Assembly: GCA_963693365.1 (NCBI GenBank)
Contig: CAVNZM010000002.1
Coordinates: forward strand, 12,332,328-12,396,327
From: Amoebidium appalachense
Lineage: Eukaryota > Protista > Ichthyosporea
DNA: 64,000 nucleotides
Direction: 5' to 3'
The position numbers were made by a program, and so were the translations under genes. Positions 46,983-60,952 of this stretch are shown one piece after another (positions within the stretch are counted from its first letter, which is position 1; every line of letters begins with the position of its first letter). The notes beneath the pieces were generated by a model. The model was not told where the DNA came from. It saw nothing but the letters and a program-made list of their open reading frames with translations, and did no database searches.

Positions 46983-47995
46983 TTCTTCCTTCTGGATATT
47001 CGCCGTTCCTTCGAAAAAAAGCAGCAACGTGCTTGCAAAGTTATGAAATAAAGTTTAAAGGTAGTACGTGAAGCAAGATTTCCAAACATGTCAAAAACCG
47101 TAACATAGAACCTCAGATTGAATAGTATTCACCGGGTATGTTTTCAGTGTATGTCTAAGTGGTATCGTTCGATAGATGCGCTATTGAATATACCAACTTA
47201 ATGGGTACAATCTATTATAATAAAGTGAAAAGCGGCAATTCCCGTGAAAGAGCCTAAGGGGTTCCCCCCGGGGACAAAGCAGTATCAAAAAGCCTATTTA
47301 GTGGGCCATAAAACCATGATTGTTAGATCATGGCAAGCTCGAGTGACTCGAGTAAATCATATGACATGCAGATTTTGGTGACTTAACAGACGAAGACGGT
47401 GTCAACACATTTATTTATGTAGGAGCCACACTCAGCCTTGTCAAAATATGGATGTCGTTGTGTGTGCATGTGTGGCCGGTGGGATCGTCTGGTCAGGCAC
47501 GATGTGTGTCACCAGTGTGTGCGCCACCTAATGGTATTGGAATTGGCGGGGGGAAGTGTGTGTTGTGGCATGTGTGGTTAAGGCTTGGTTGCGTGCACGC
47601 TTGTGCGCATGCGCGCATGGGTATGTATGTGTGCGTGCGTGTGTGTGCCTTGCGTGCCTATGTACGTGCGTGCCTGTGTGCGTGTGTGGGCGCATACGTA
47701 CATGCATGTGTGGATGACATGCACATGTGCACGCCACTGCACACGCGTGCGCGTGCATGTATGTGTGAGTGTGTGGGTGCATGGGTGGGTGGGTGGGTCA
47801 CAGCAGTTATGTATGCTACCCCGGGGCAATGATTTACGTGCCACCTGAGGGATATGATCTAGTATGATTTTAGTGCCAACCCGAAGCGGCTTTAGAATTT
47901 TGCATAATGAGCACCACTCTCTCTCTCCCATTGTGTGTTTGTGTGTGCGTGTGCATGTGCATGTGTGTGTGTGTATGTGGTGGTGGTGGTGGTGT

Positions 47996-48030
<35 letters not shown>

Positions 48031-48101
48031 GGGGGGGGGGGGGGGAGGGGGGGGGGGGAGAGTTCTGCTCGTGCGCACGCGCGCGCGCGCGACCGCACGA
48101 A

Positions 48102-48140
<39 letters not shown>

Positions 48141-49101
48141 CTGCATAGGAGGAAGCCGAATCACAGTGGTAGCCGAGCATAGTAGCTCTAGGGTGTGAAC
48201 TAATCAGGAGGCACGAACAAACTGGGAGCAAGGAGGGGGAGGAGAGGGGGGGGGGGGGGGGGGGGGTTGTTGCTGTAAATTTTAGATTTTAAATCTGTTG
48301 ATATCGGTCATGAGAATCAATGACTATATGAGCATTTCTCGCTTTGCACACTGAATGATGAGAATTGTAAAGATCGTGTATTTGAGGTATTGAGGTAGGT
48401 GTTGTAGATAGGAACCTTATATATTAGCTGTTATGCTGTTATGCTCCTGCAGGTGCACCAGACCGCCGTGATTGGTTTTGCCTATATATGGCAATGTTTT
48501 TTGTTCGGTTTTACAACATCACCATTTAAGGTGCACGAATGAGAATGATTGACATCCGACAAAAGCATAACATCGTGATCCGGAGGCAAGTCATGGCTGC
48601 CTACATATGGAGATCCCCAAGTGACTATACTATATGTGACAGTTATGATTGCCTGGGAAAGGATATATATAACTCATATATAGACGAGACCTTTTATATC
48701 GGTTTCCGGAACACATAACCCGCCTGGGCTACACCTTCACTTCCATTATTGGAATCTTTCAAAGAAAATTCCGATAATCGAAGTCATGATCGACAAAAAT
48801 CAAGACTGCGTATTGTAATGGGCAACCCTAGGTGGGCGGTGTTGGGTGGAGGTGTGTGTGCCTGCGTGTGTGCGTGCGTGCGGGCGTGTATGTGTGCGTG
48901 TGTGCGTGTGTGCGTGCGCGCATGTGCGCGTGCATGCGTGCGTGTGTGCGTGCATGCATGCACAGATGTTGCCATGATGGTGGTGGTGGCTATGGGCACC
49001 GGTTTTTTTTTTTTTTTTTTTTTTTTTGGGGGGGGGGGGGGGAGGGGGGAGGGGGGAGGGGGGAGGGGGAGGGGGGGGGTGGGAGGGGGGGGGGGGGGGG
49101 G

Positions 49102-49440
49102 TTTGAATGCGTCAAAAAGTACGAAGTACACAAGAACAAACGGATAACACGATGCAGAATGCAAGCCATACATAAAGAGTATTCATAATAAGCAGAGCCC
49201 ATCCTCAGGGGGGGCCCACGTCATCCACAGTACCCGAGTTTCGACCTATTCCCCTCGTTAACGAAACCCAACTCAGATACTGTTTCACTTGAACATGAGT
49301 AGGTCACCCGTCTTGATCAGAGACGAGCAGGGTTGCTTATGCAGGCAAGGGCAGTGGGAAAGGCCGGGGGTTAAAGTTGCAGCAGTAAGCAGAAGCAAGA
49401 AAAATGGGTAGAAACTGTATCCTGGCGGCAACCATGCCAT
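49102..49440 (-). mobile_element. Diverged (second-subfamily) truncated copy of the terminal-repeat element
   Basis: After a G-tract: tttgaatgc..gtacgaagtac..ataagcagagcccatcctcaggg..gagtttcgacc..cccgtcttgatca..gacgagcagggttgcttatgca..ggcaaccatgcc. Confidence 0.75.
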
Positions 49441-49581
49441 AAAGATAGCAGAAAAAGGATTAACAACACAACAGAGGAAATTTGCACGTGTGCAGTTTAA
49501 GAAGCTAATTAGTTGAACAAAGTGTTCCGGAGTATCACTTGCACAAGTACGCCAAAAACTTGCGAAGTCTGGGCAGATTAA

Positions 49582-49617
<36 letters not shown>

Positions 49618-49845
49618 ACCACCACCACCACCACCACCGCACACACACAACACACACAGAAAAGAAAGAAAGAAAATGATTGAAGTAAGCCCTGGCCATG
49701 GCCGAGCCTTTTTTCCATAAAAATTTCAAAACTGTTACTGACTTGTATGTTGTCAATGTCACACACTGAGTGTGTTTCTCATCGTAACGGTATAGTTTAT
49801 TAACTGTTGTACTACGGTATACGTATCTTGTTCAGCATCAACTTG

Positions 49846-49896
<51 letters not shown>

Positions 49897-50811
49897 CACC
49901 GCCCACATACACACACGTGCACACACACCCCTTTTCCTTGCCTTATCATGCATGTGTATCGCAAAGTATCGCAAATGAAAAAGAAGGATTGTGGGAGGGA
50001 ACCGGCATTGCCAAGTGTAGGTGTGCGCAAGTACATACGCCAATGCCCACTGTCAGACAGCTTCAAGTGGGTTGCACGGCTTGCATTTGCAGAGACGCGC
50101 AGAGTTATGACATGTGAGCAAGTAAGTCCTATCAGTGTGTACATGTCCAGGCAAATCTTTCCTACGTACTGCAGCACGCAGCGGAAAACTGAAGTGTGAA
50201 CAGGGCAGTTGCGCGATATATGATCAGTCCAATTTGCCAGATTCTCCGGTGGGGTGGGGGTGGGTGGGATCGGGTGATTTTGATACCGAAGCGCAAAGCA
50301 TACTCTTCATTTACCGTAGACGTATGCATTATAAGCAGGACTAGATGGCGGCAGCATGTTTTGTGTTTGTCTGCGTGTGTTTATTTGGGGGAGGGAGGAG
50401 GGGGGAATTCTAAAAACGACCAGCTGAATCGAGTGTCTGGGTGCACACCAACGTGACCACATTACTCTTTTATTGATCTATGTTGTGAAAAAGGGCGGCG
50501 GCTGAAAAGGCTGGCCTGGCCTGCACACCAACCCACTAACGACTCTGCGCCGAGTCTCGCGTGCTCTTATATTTAAAATCATTTTTTTTTAACAACAGAA
50601 ACTAAATGCCACTGGAAAACTCCTGGCCCCATGCACCTACATGTGCGTAGTGAAACTCAATCTCAACCCCTTTAAACTCTGGCACCAGACACACAGGGAA
50701 ACCAGCACATTTCCAACAAAATGCATCGGTATGCGTACGTATAGCTGCCGAGACAACCAAAAATTCAGGAGTTTGAAAGACCGCCCCCCCCCCCCCCACA
50801 CACAAAGAAAT

Positions 50812-53800
50812 TTAGTAGGGGTTGAACTTGAGGCCATTCTCCTTCCACACAGTCGTGATGGAATCCATGAAGTAATCCAGGAGGGGTCCTTCATGCCTGG
50901 GGGTGGGGGTCACGCGGAGTCTCTCCGCACCCACAGGGACAGTGGGGTAGTTGATGCTCTGAACATAAATGTGGTGCTTGCTGAGAAGGTCGTCGCTCAG
51001 TTTCTTGCACAGTTTCGCGTCATTCACCTGCACGGGGACAATGTGCGACGGGGCCTCGACGATTGGGATTCCGACCTCGGCGAGCCGGGACTTCAAAGCC
51101 TTCACGTTCTTCCTCTGGCCCTGGCGTTCAGCTTGGCTCTGCTTGAGGTAGCGGACCGACGCGAGTCCGCCGGCGACGACTGCGGGAGGGAGCGATGTGG
51201 TGAAGATGAACCCGGAGCCATAGCTACGAATCATGTCCGTGAGGTTCGCCGACGCCGCAATGTACCCGCCGATAACGCCGTACGCCTTGCCGAGCGTTCC
51301 GGTGACAATGTCAACCTTGTTCATGACCTGCTCTCCCAATTCCTCGGCGACACCGGCGCCGCGGTGGCCATACATGCCCACGGCGTGCACCTCATCAAGG
51401 AAGGTGAGGGCGCCGTACTTGTGCGCGACATCACAAATCTCCTCGATAGGAGAGATGGCGCCGGACATGGAGTAGACCGACTCAAAGGCTACCAGCTTGG
51501 GCACCTTGGGGTCGTACTGCTGCAGCAGCCGCTCAAGGTCCTGGGGGTCATTATGCTTGAAGATGTGCTTCTTGGCACGGCTGTTCTTGATCCCTGCAGG
51601 TGGGCGTTTTGATTAGTGTTTTGAACCACGCACGACCTGTATATTGATACGTGGCAGTACACAAGGTAGAGAACGTTTTAAAAAAGGAGGTTGGGAATCG
51701 TGTATAGACTGCTCACCGGAGAAACTTCGATTTCAGCGCCCAAAATCACATGGAAAAAACCCCAAGCGAACAGAAACAGCCTAACCGGATACACGTGTAC
51801 CCAAGTAAAACGTAAGCAAAAACAGGTAGGAGCACAAGAGATACATACCAGCAATCATGCTGGCGTGGTTTTGCGAGTCGGAGAAGATAACGCAGCCGGG
51901 CATCATGGACGCCAGGGTCTGCAGGGTGGCATCGTTGGCCACGTAGCAGCTGGTGAACACCAGCGCACCGCCCTTGTGGTGCAGGTCGGCAAGCTCATTC
52001 TCGAGCAGCTCATGGTAGCGCCCGTTGCCGCTGATGTTGCGGGTGCCACCAGACCCGGCACCATACCGGTCAAGAACCTCCCTGAGAGGGGGAAAAAAAG
52101 ATTCGTTAGGACGGGATATGTCTGCGAGGCCCACAGACATAGAATTGTGTGTGTGTGTGTGTATGTGCGTGTGTGTGTTGGTGCGTGGTTATTTCCTTTT
52201 TTTTTTTTGGGGGTGGGGGGGGGGGGGGGGGGGGGGGAGGGGGGGGGGGATTGTTGTTCAAGCCAACATCGTCCCAAAACCACGGGAACAAAAACAAAGC
52301 ACACCTCATGCTGTTGAGCACGACGGGGTGGCGGCTCATGCCCAGGTAGTCGTTGCTGCACCAGACAGTCAGCTTGTCGTAGGCCTTGTTCTCGGCCGTG
52401 GGGAAGGCCTGGGCAAGGCGGTTGATGTTGTTGAAGTAGCGGTACGAGTGGTCGTTCTTCTTCTTGCGGATGCTGTCGTCAAAGAACCCCTCATAGTCGA
52501 AGAAGTTCTCCTTGGCGGCAGCACGTGCCGCGCTCTCGACCTGCACCATGCAATGACGAATAGTGAGTGACTCAACGCTTCAGTTACATATGTGAAAACT
52601 ACCAGTGTAAAAATATGTGGAATTGTATATCTCCCAGACAAATTTATGATAACTCCAAGAGTTCCAGACAAGTTTCTGATAACTCCAAGAGTTGCATGTG
52701 TTTTAGGAAAAACGGCATATGACCCAGCCGTATATTATTAGCACCTCACTCCCACACGTCCAGCCCCTCGGTTGTGTAACAACTTTTCGTGTAGAACATC
52801 CCTCGAGCTAAACATTATCCGCCTACAAAAATTCCTCCCCCCTCCCCCCTTACAATCTCCAGATGATAACCCATTCGCGATGCTTACTAAGGTTACGCCT
52901 CTCGTCTTCTTACTATTCCTGACGTCCGTCTGAAACAACCAAAACCTCACTGCTACCGCCACCTGCGCTCTCACACGTACCTGGGCCTTAGCCTCGGCCT
53001 CCCGCTTGACGGGGCATACCCGGGGAATCTGGTCCACGGGAATATTCTCCGCCTCCACAATCTTCTTGAAGGCCTGATGGGCCTTCACCATTTCTTCTGA
53101 GGGAGGGGAGCAAAATATGTCAAGACTCTTTCATTTAGCTACCATATGTCGAAGCTCTGTTTAGGAGGCTATCGAAAGAACGTTGTAGCAACATCACCCT
53201 CTTTATCTTGCGCGCACGGAGAGTTTAGGAACAAAAACGTTGACATGGCATTTCTTCAGGTTACTTGTACTATGAAAGTCGATCGAACAAGGTTCATAGT
53301 CGGTAACGTTGAAACAACCAAATGACTTGCATATACACGACACGGGCAACGTGAGAGAAAACGAGTAGACACGGGCAACGTCATAGAAAACGAGTACACT
53401 CAAGCAGCAAACCAGAGTGGAGAAATATCCTAACAACGTTCTTTCAATATCCGGCAGCCAGTGAAGCTGAAGGGGCGAAGCTGGGAGCAGCAGAAGTGCA
53501 TGCACAGGACGCCGTTACCCTCTCAAACGTATTCGACACAGGAGCTAACAAACCAATTGAAACGATGCACGTGTTTTTGAGCAAACAACAACGGGTCACC
53601 TCAGGTAAGGAACGAGCCTGTGCAACACGGCAGAAACGAAAGAAAAACAATCCCTCGTGCTTGACTAGCGCCGCACCCCCAAAAACTTCAACTTACCACT
53701 CTCTCCCTTGACGGGCATGTTGGCCACTGGATCGACCTCAGCCTTAGGGGCAGCCTGGGTGTGCGCCAAAGCACGGCCCATGATGGGGCACTTCGAGGCC

Positions 53801-53898
53801 ATGTTGCTCAGGCCAACGGTGCTGGCCGGAAGCGCCACAGAATTGCGCAAGACAAACGGGCACTGGCGTGCATACTGACGGATAGCCGCCGAAGCCAT
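50812..53898 (-). CDS. ALAS: 5-aminolevulinate synthase, mitochondrial (PLP-dependent, Shemin pathway), 5 exons
   Basis: Exons 53898-53697, 53096-52981, 52540-52305, 52081-51849 and 51593-50812, all GT-AG and in phase. Motifs: [71 protein letters not shown] (PLP lysine), [17 protein letters not shown]. The N-terminal presequence carries Cys-Pro motifs. Confidence 0.97.
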
Positions 53899-55739
53899 TT
53901 TTTCCTTTGAAAGAGGGAAAACGGGAAACTAAGAGATTAGAAGGGAAAGAAACCAACACGAAGAGAACAACCGACGCCTGGCGTTTCACACGGGAGACGG
54001 CGCAGACTGTCAAATTCCAAAGGACCACGCCATTCATATATGCATGCTATGGAACAAAAGTGCCAAGCTTAGACTAGACCCGCTTATGCAGCCTTCAGAT
54101 AAAGGAATGCGTGACAAGGTTATTAATAAAAGCATTTTCATGCTATTAAAAGAGTTACAACAGAGCTGTATGTTTTTAAAAGGTATTTATAACCAATCAC
54201 GATGCACTACCTATAAATGGCTCAAGATTACCTTGCTGAGCGAGCAGTATAAAGGTTGCAGGAGGGCAAATATGATATTGCGAACTCCATGTTGACAGAG
54301 TAAAGTAACACCATCAAAAAATCAAATGCACGCAGCATTCTGAGTTATTACAGTGTATATGAGGGTAATTACTTAAAAAATGATACTTTGTAAAGATATC
54401 ACAGGGCGCGCTTGGAGTGAAGAGTGCATAGTATCTGCATAGGGCCTGGAGGGCAGTGGAGGCTGGGATATTGTCCCACGCGCTCTTTGATTGGTTGCAG
54501 CTACAAAAAGAATACACCAATCAAATCTCGCAGGTACATGATGTCACGAATACATTAGATCTCCTGAACAGGGCCGAATTTTTTTTCTTCTTTTGACTGG
54601 ATTTATTCGACGGAAAGATATGCAAGTATGCACGGCATACTGAGAAGATAATAAAAACTTCACGAGTTATTCAGTAACAGGTGCATAGTGAGATACCTGA
54701 ATACTGTGTGAAAATTATATAAATACTCAATGTGACGACCAACAGAATTGAACAAAAAGTCTAAAGTGTTCACATTGCCAGCCAGTGTAGCAGACACCCG
54801 TAGGGAAATAGGAAATTCACGAAAATTGGATGGTATGTTTTCAGCATATCTGGTATTTTCCTATGAGCTGGATGGTATTTCCGGACATTTTCCTATAAAG
54901 CATCCATACTATGCACACCATCCACATACCATTATCGGAAATGCACCGTACCATACAAAAACCTTGGATAATATTCTTGAAAACTATATGGTATTTTAGA
55001 GGGTGTAAGCGCAGTTTTGAACGTCAAAATTCGAAAATTTTATTAGCAACTTGTGTACACATGTTTATGAGGAAAAATGCCATCCCAAAATAATGAAAAT
55101 AATAAAATTTAAAATCACAATAGATTATTAATAAATCCAATGGTTTGGAAATCTGGTCGACATGTAGTACAGTTCGTTATAATTTACTTTCTATAGATCT
55201 TTGTGTGATCTTGTGCGGGGTCAGTGCGGCGCTCGCCGCGGCCCGGATTTGAGATGTACATGTGGTGCGCGGCTTGATCGGTGCTCCATCAACCAAAAAC
55301 AGCGTTTTGTGTTTTCTCGCTTATTGTGACATTTTAATTGTCAAAACCATTACTTTATGTCACTTCTAGTGCACCAAGAAATCTTTCGTAACCGTCAGAT
55401 TACCACCTACTCTACAAAGGCAGTCGCCTTCTTGTTCTCGGACCGCGGCGGCGGCCCGGGCCGCCCTGCGCGGCCTGACGTGGGGGAAGTCTTTCCTGAT
55501 TACGTCACTGACGGACTCGTTTATATTGGAAACAGTAACACAAATGCAACTGCAGAGGCTTCAAAACATGAGTCATAGCAGACTATCCTCAGAGAAACTG
55601 AGCTCAGGCTCCCCGGTGCTTTCTTGTGAGCCGTTTTTTTTTTTTTGTTTGTTTCGGTTTGTTGATCTTGAGGGAGCAGCTTTCGAGGGGAGGGGGCGTA
55701 CGGCCTACGTAAAGTATTATTTGTAAAGCTCGCTGGCTC

Positions 55740-56270
55740 ATTCCCTCTCTTGTCCCTCCCTCCCTTCCTCTCACGCTCCCTCCTTTCCCCTTCTCCCCTC
55801 ACTCCGTCCCCCACTTTCTGCTCTCCCTCCCTTCCCTCCCTCCTTCCGTCCCTCCCATCCCTCCCTCCCTCCCTCACGAGTCCCCTCTTTCCTCCCGTCT
55901 CTTCCTCCCTCCCTCCCTCCCTCCCTAGCTTGCTCCCTCCTTTCCCCCTTCTCCCCCCGCTCCCTCCTTTTCCTTCCACTTTCTGCTCTCCCTCCCTCCC
56001 TTCCTCGCTCCCTTCCCTCCCTCCCTCCCTTCCCTCCTTCCCTCCCGTCTCTTCCTTCCTCCCTTTCTCCCTCCCCCGCTTGCTCCCTCCTTTTCCCTTT
56101 CCCCCTCGCTCCCTCCTTCCCTCCCCCCACATTCTGCTTTCCCTCCCATCCCTCCCTCCGTTCTTTCCCCCCTCCCTCCCTCCCTCCCTTTCCCTTTCCC
56201 CACTCCCTCTCTCCCTCCCTCTCTCCCTCCTTCCTCCTTTTGCCCATCGCTCCCTCCGTTCCCTCCCCCC
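55740..56270. repeat. Polypyrimidine (CT-rich) tract with an internal ~165-bp degenerate duplication
   Basis: ccactttctgctctccctcc, ttcctcccgtctcttcc and gcttgctccctcct each recur twice in the same order. Confidence 0.75.
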
Positions 56271-57434
56271 GTCAGAATGTGATGCGCAGCACACATTCAT
56301 TAGCAATAATTATCTCTATATGCATCGGATAATGCACACACATGTGCACACACAACACACAGTGTAGAGTGGGCATGGGAATCTTGGGATTAGATAGTGT
56401 TTGTTTGACGTCATCCCGGAGTCCACTGTTTGTGATAGCATAGGATTAGTCTACATAGCAGAGTGTCAAACATATCTATTGTATGATATGTGTTCTTATT
56501 GACACTCGGATATATCATGTTGTTAACATTATGGACCTCTTGAAACTAGCTGTGCTTGTCTCTGTTTATCGCATAGGCATCTGTGGAATCCTAGCATGTG
56601 CTTGCTATGAGATCGCCATAGATTACACTGGATGTGAGATTGGTCATGGTGATCTAGCCAGCAGGTATATAAGCTGTTCAGAGCCATAATAAACATGAGC
56701 CGCCATGAACCTTTAACACCCCCACCCTCCTCCCGTCTCATCCTCCCTCCCTCCTGTCCCCCCCACCCCTTCCCGCACCCTCCATAACCAATCATCCACA
56801 AACACACACCCACAACCCTTCTCCCGCCTTCGCTCTCCACTTTTATCTTCTAAAATCAGGCATTTTCCCTCTTCCAGTTGTTGCATTTAATTGGTATGGT
56901 TGGTACCTGCTTTCGCCAACGGTGAAGGGAGCATTGCACTCTCTGCCCCTCCTCTTGTGCGGTGTACAAACAACCCTCTCTCCCCCGGCAACATATAATG
57001 GTCTTAAAGTTGTGGGGAGGGGAAGGGAGGGAGGGAGGGAGCGAGGGGGAGAGTGAGTGTGTGTGTGTAAGTGTTTGTGTATCTATCTCTCCCTCCCTCC
57101 CTCTTCCTCTTCCACTCTCTGTTTCTCTCGCTGCCTCTATTTCCCCTCAGCATCCGCCCGCCCCTCCCTCCCCCCTCCCCCCCCCGTCCCCCCCCCCGAC
57201 CTCCCCCTTCCTTTCCCTCACACACACACCCGTCTGGGGCCCACCACCCGTTTTTCAAGCGTCTTCCCCCCCCCCCCCCTGCCTCATCCCCCTCTCCCCC
57301 TCCCCCCCTCAGTCCCTCTACCCCCCCCCGCCCCCCCCCCTCTCACTCCCTCCCCCAGCACGCGGGTACGCACCTACACTCACTCACACATTTAATAATT
57401 CGTCCTTTGCCCCGGATATCTTTTTTTTTCCCTT

Positions 57435-57465
<31 letters not shown>

Positions 57466-58142
57466 GGGGAGGGGGGGGGGGGGGGATATAGTGACTGTAA
57501 CCCATGCAACCTGCTACATTCGGGTGTGTTTTTCGTCAAATAAATACTTGATGGCGAAGACCATCCCCAACTGTGGAAAACAGAAACTGCTCCTGGTGCC
57601 AACTGTACACACAATCCCCCTCCCCCCCCTCCCCCCCCCCCCTCCCCCCTCCGGGCGCTGCCGCCGCCCCCTCTAAGTTCCATCCTTCTTGTCAATCATT
57701 ACGTGTCGCCCCCTCCTGCCCTCCCCCCCCCCCCCCCCCCCCCCCCTTCTTCCCCTGCCAAACTTGCATTCTGAATTGTGTTGTCCGTGATGTTGTGTGC
57801 TTAAGCTTCGCACTCTATAACGAATTCTAAATCCACCTTCCTTCCCACCGCCACCATTAAGTCACCAACATCACCACACGTAATCTGCACTAGCCAATTA
57901 CCCACGTGACCTCGGCGAGTGCCAAACACCCGAAATGAGTGTTTCTGCACCTCAAAGTGGCAAACCCCTTATAAAGCAGGTCACTTATAAATGCACAACA
58001 AAAGACAGCCTGCATGGCTTGAATACACACATGCACATGCACGAGTAAAACGTGGGCACAAAATGACGAGACTTGGGGGCTTACTTCCGGGGGGTTAGGG
58101 TGGGGGGTGATGGTGGTGGTGGTGGTGGTTTTTTTTTTTTTT

Positions 58143-58173
<31 letters not shown>

Positions 58174-58622
58174 GGGAGGGTGGCGGGAAGGAGGGGGGAG
58201 GGAAGAGGGGAGGGGGGGGGGAGGGGGGGGGGGGGGGTTGCAGGGGTACTATGGTTGCTGGATACTCCTTACGTTTGGATGATAGCAACGAATGGTTACG
58301 TAGGGACACCCTTTGCAAACACAATATATGCACCCTTTCCATATATGGGTGATCCGACCAAACTGGTTTTGATTGTATAGCAAAACCGTGGAGAATCACT
58401 GAGGTCTTGGGCCTTTGGTTATGGTGCAACTAGTGCTGTGTTACATACGGCTCGGAGTGCTTAAAAACAAGGTGTTTGGGGGGGGGGGGGGGGGGGGGGG
58501 GGAGGGGGGTGGAGGGGAAGGGGAAGAGAGAAGGGGGTCCCGAAAGGGGATTGATCGGTAGTAATGTGACCGGGGGCGAGGGGGACGGTGGGGAGGAGGG
58601 GGGAATGAGTGTGGAAATGGCG

Positions 58623-58767
<145 letters not shown>

Positions 58768-59387
58768 TGGGGGGAGGGGAGGGAGGGAGGGGGGGGGGGG
58801 GGGGGGGGGGGGTCGGCAGCTATTAAAGTTCTTCAACTTTTTTCGCGAGTGCTGGGAGAAGGGAAGGGAGGGGAGAGGGGGGTTGCGATCGAAGGGCAAG
58901 GATAGGGGGGGGGCCACGGGGGGAGAGGTCAGAGGGACATATGAGAATATCAATTGGGTTTAAGGGCTTCTGTGTTTCTGATCCCCCCCCCTCCTCCCCC
59001 TCCTCCCACCCCTCCCTACCCCCCTCCTCCCCCCCTCCCTACCCCCCCCCCCCCCCCCCCCTCACACAACACACCCTCCCCAACACACACATGGCACAAA
59101 CTTGGACGCGCGCTCGCGATGTAACAGAATACGGTACCCTCCGTTTTGAAAACTGGGCTAGGAGTTGGAGTGGGACCGTACCGGGTACAAACAAAAAAGC
59201 CCATTTTCCAATAACTTCCGATCAACCATGATTCCTCTGAGGGGCATATTCAATTGTCCGTAATTCATTGGCGAAAATGGTCACTACAGTACAACGTTGC
59301 AATTGTACTATATATTTACAATAAATACCACTAGAACGTACATATAATATGATCATCGATTGGCAACTCAGTTACCATGAGTAACGA

Positions 59388-59434
<47 letters not shown>

Positions 59435-59853
59435 GCGATGTTGGTGCACCAGTGGTGTGGGTGGTGGTGGTGGTGTGTGTGTTGGGGGGGATGGGGGGAG
59501 GGGGGGGGGGGGGGGCAGTGAAACCCAAGATCTAGAGTTTTTGTTTTTGAGTCTGCTTATCTGCAGTGTATCATGAAATCTGCAGCAGATTCAGCATATT
59601 GGTATTGTATGGGTTCAATACATATTCAGTAGTCCTGTTCGTGCACGTAGCAGATAACAGTCTCGACGGGAAGGTTTCCAATGTTGTTGTTCAAGTTTTA
59701 CAGCTGGAATAGAACGTCTCGAAGTTGTCCAACACCGTCGACGTCGTCTCTTCACAAAATTAAATTTTATGTTTGCCCCTTGTACAATGTTTGTGTTACG
59801 GTGTGTGTGCGCGTGTGCGTATGTGGGCCCGGGTGTTTGTGGGTGTTTGTGGG

Positions 59854-59939
<86 letters not shown>

Positions 59940-59967
59940 ACGTGTGCGCAGTGTGTGCGGCGTGGGC

Positions 59968-60082
<115 letters not shown>

Positions 60083-60341
60083 CGAGTGTGTGGGTGTGCG
60101 TGTGTGTGTGATTTTGTCCATAAAAAATGACGTCGACCAATGATACAGATATATTTGCATATGGTTGGCTCACCGATGTCTTGCCAAGTTTATATCAAGA
60201 CCACCTTGTGTCTACTAGGAGGCCTTGGCTTATACAGGCCCAAATAAAAGGAAAATAATCACCACGCCTGTTGTGCAAAATCAGCGCCAAATCTAATAAT
60301 TAGGAAGGGCATGTGCACATGCACCAGTTGCACCCACGGCG

Positions 60342-60952
60342 CGTGGGCCAATTAAGTTTCGCCCACGAACAAAGGGTTGGTATTGGCTCGCGTGCGCCAG
60401 CAGTCATGCCTCAGAGATTCTCCTAGCACGTACTGACGTGTTGCCGCACGTGCGACGTTATACATCTACTCAGGCGTCCCTTTTAAGTTAAAAAAAAAAA
60501 AAAAAAGAAAGAAAGGAGACACCGCCTCAGTAGGTGGTAGCAGATTCTCAGTGAGTCAGCTGGCAGCAGCTGGGGTACTGTAAAAAAAATCTCACGCTTT
60601 TTTCACGGCTTAGTACCTTGAGGGCAGTCAAGTGCCCCTCCTCTCCTTGAAAAATAGCCGCCAGAGTATGTAAATCTCTTGCTATGGCAACTGGACGCCA
60701 CAGTCAGGACGCCGCCCACTGGCAACCTCAGAGTCTTGACAATTCCACTTCTTTCCGACCACGGTGCACGTGAGAGCATGTACCACTACCGGTAAGTTTA
60801 GGTTTCTAAAAACCAAAAAAACGTGGCACGTGGGCCAATCAAGCAGTTTAGGAAAGCGCATTGTGATTGGATCGAAATGCACCCAAATAAGAAACTGATT
60901 GGATACATATCAGGCATAAACAAATTCAACATGTTATTACGTACGTGATTGG
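60342..60952 (+). promoter_or_regulatory. Cluster of CCAAT boxes and CACGTG/CCACG motifs upstream of the sugar transporter
   Basis: CGTGGGCCAAT at 60342 and 60829 (reverse ATTGG-C-CCACG), plus GATTGG at ~60866, 60897 and 60947. Function is inferred only. Confidence 0.3.

Noticed and set aside
50641-51612. 323-aa plus-strand ORF (also 51691-52317 and 52025-52570)
   Set aside because: Antisense shadows of the GC3-rich ALAS exons.
53899-54045. Iron-responsive element in the ALAS 5' UTR
   Set aside because: There is no CAGUGN loop on a C-bulged stem; only CAGTCT is present.
56406-56413. CRE palindrome TGACGTCA between ALAS and the transporter
   Set aside because: A single 8-mer is expected by chance in 64 kb, and it is far from either start codon.
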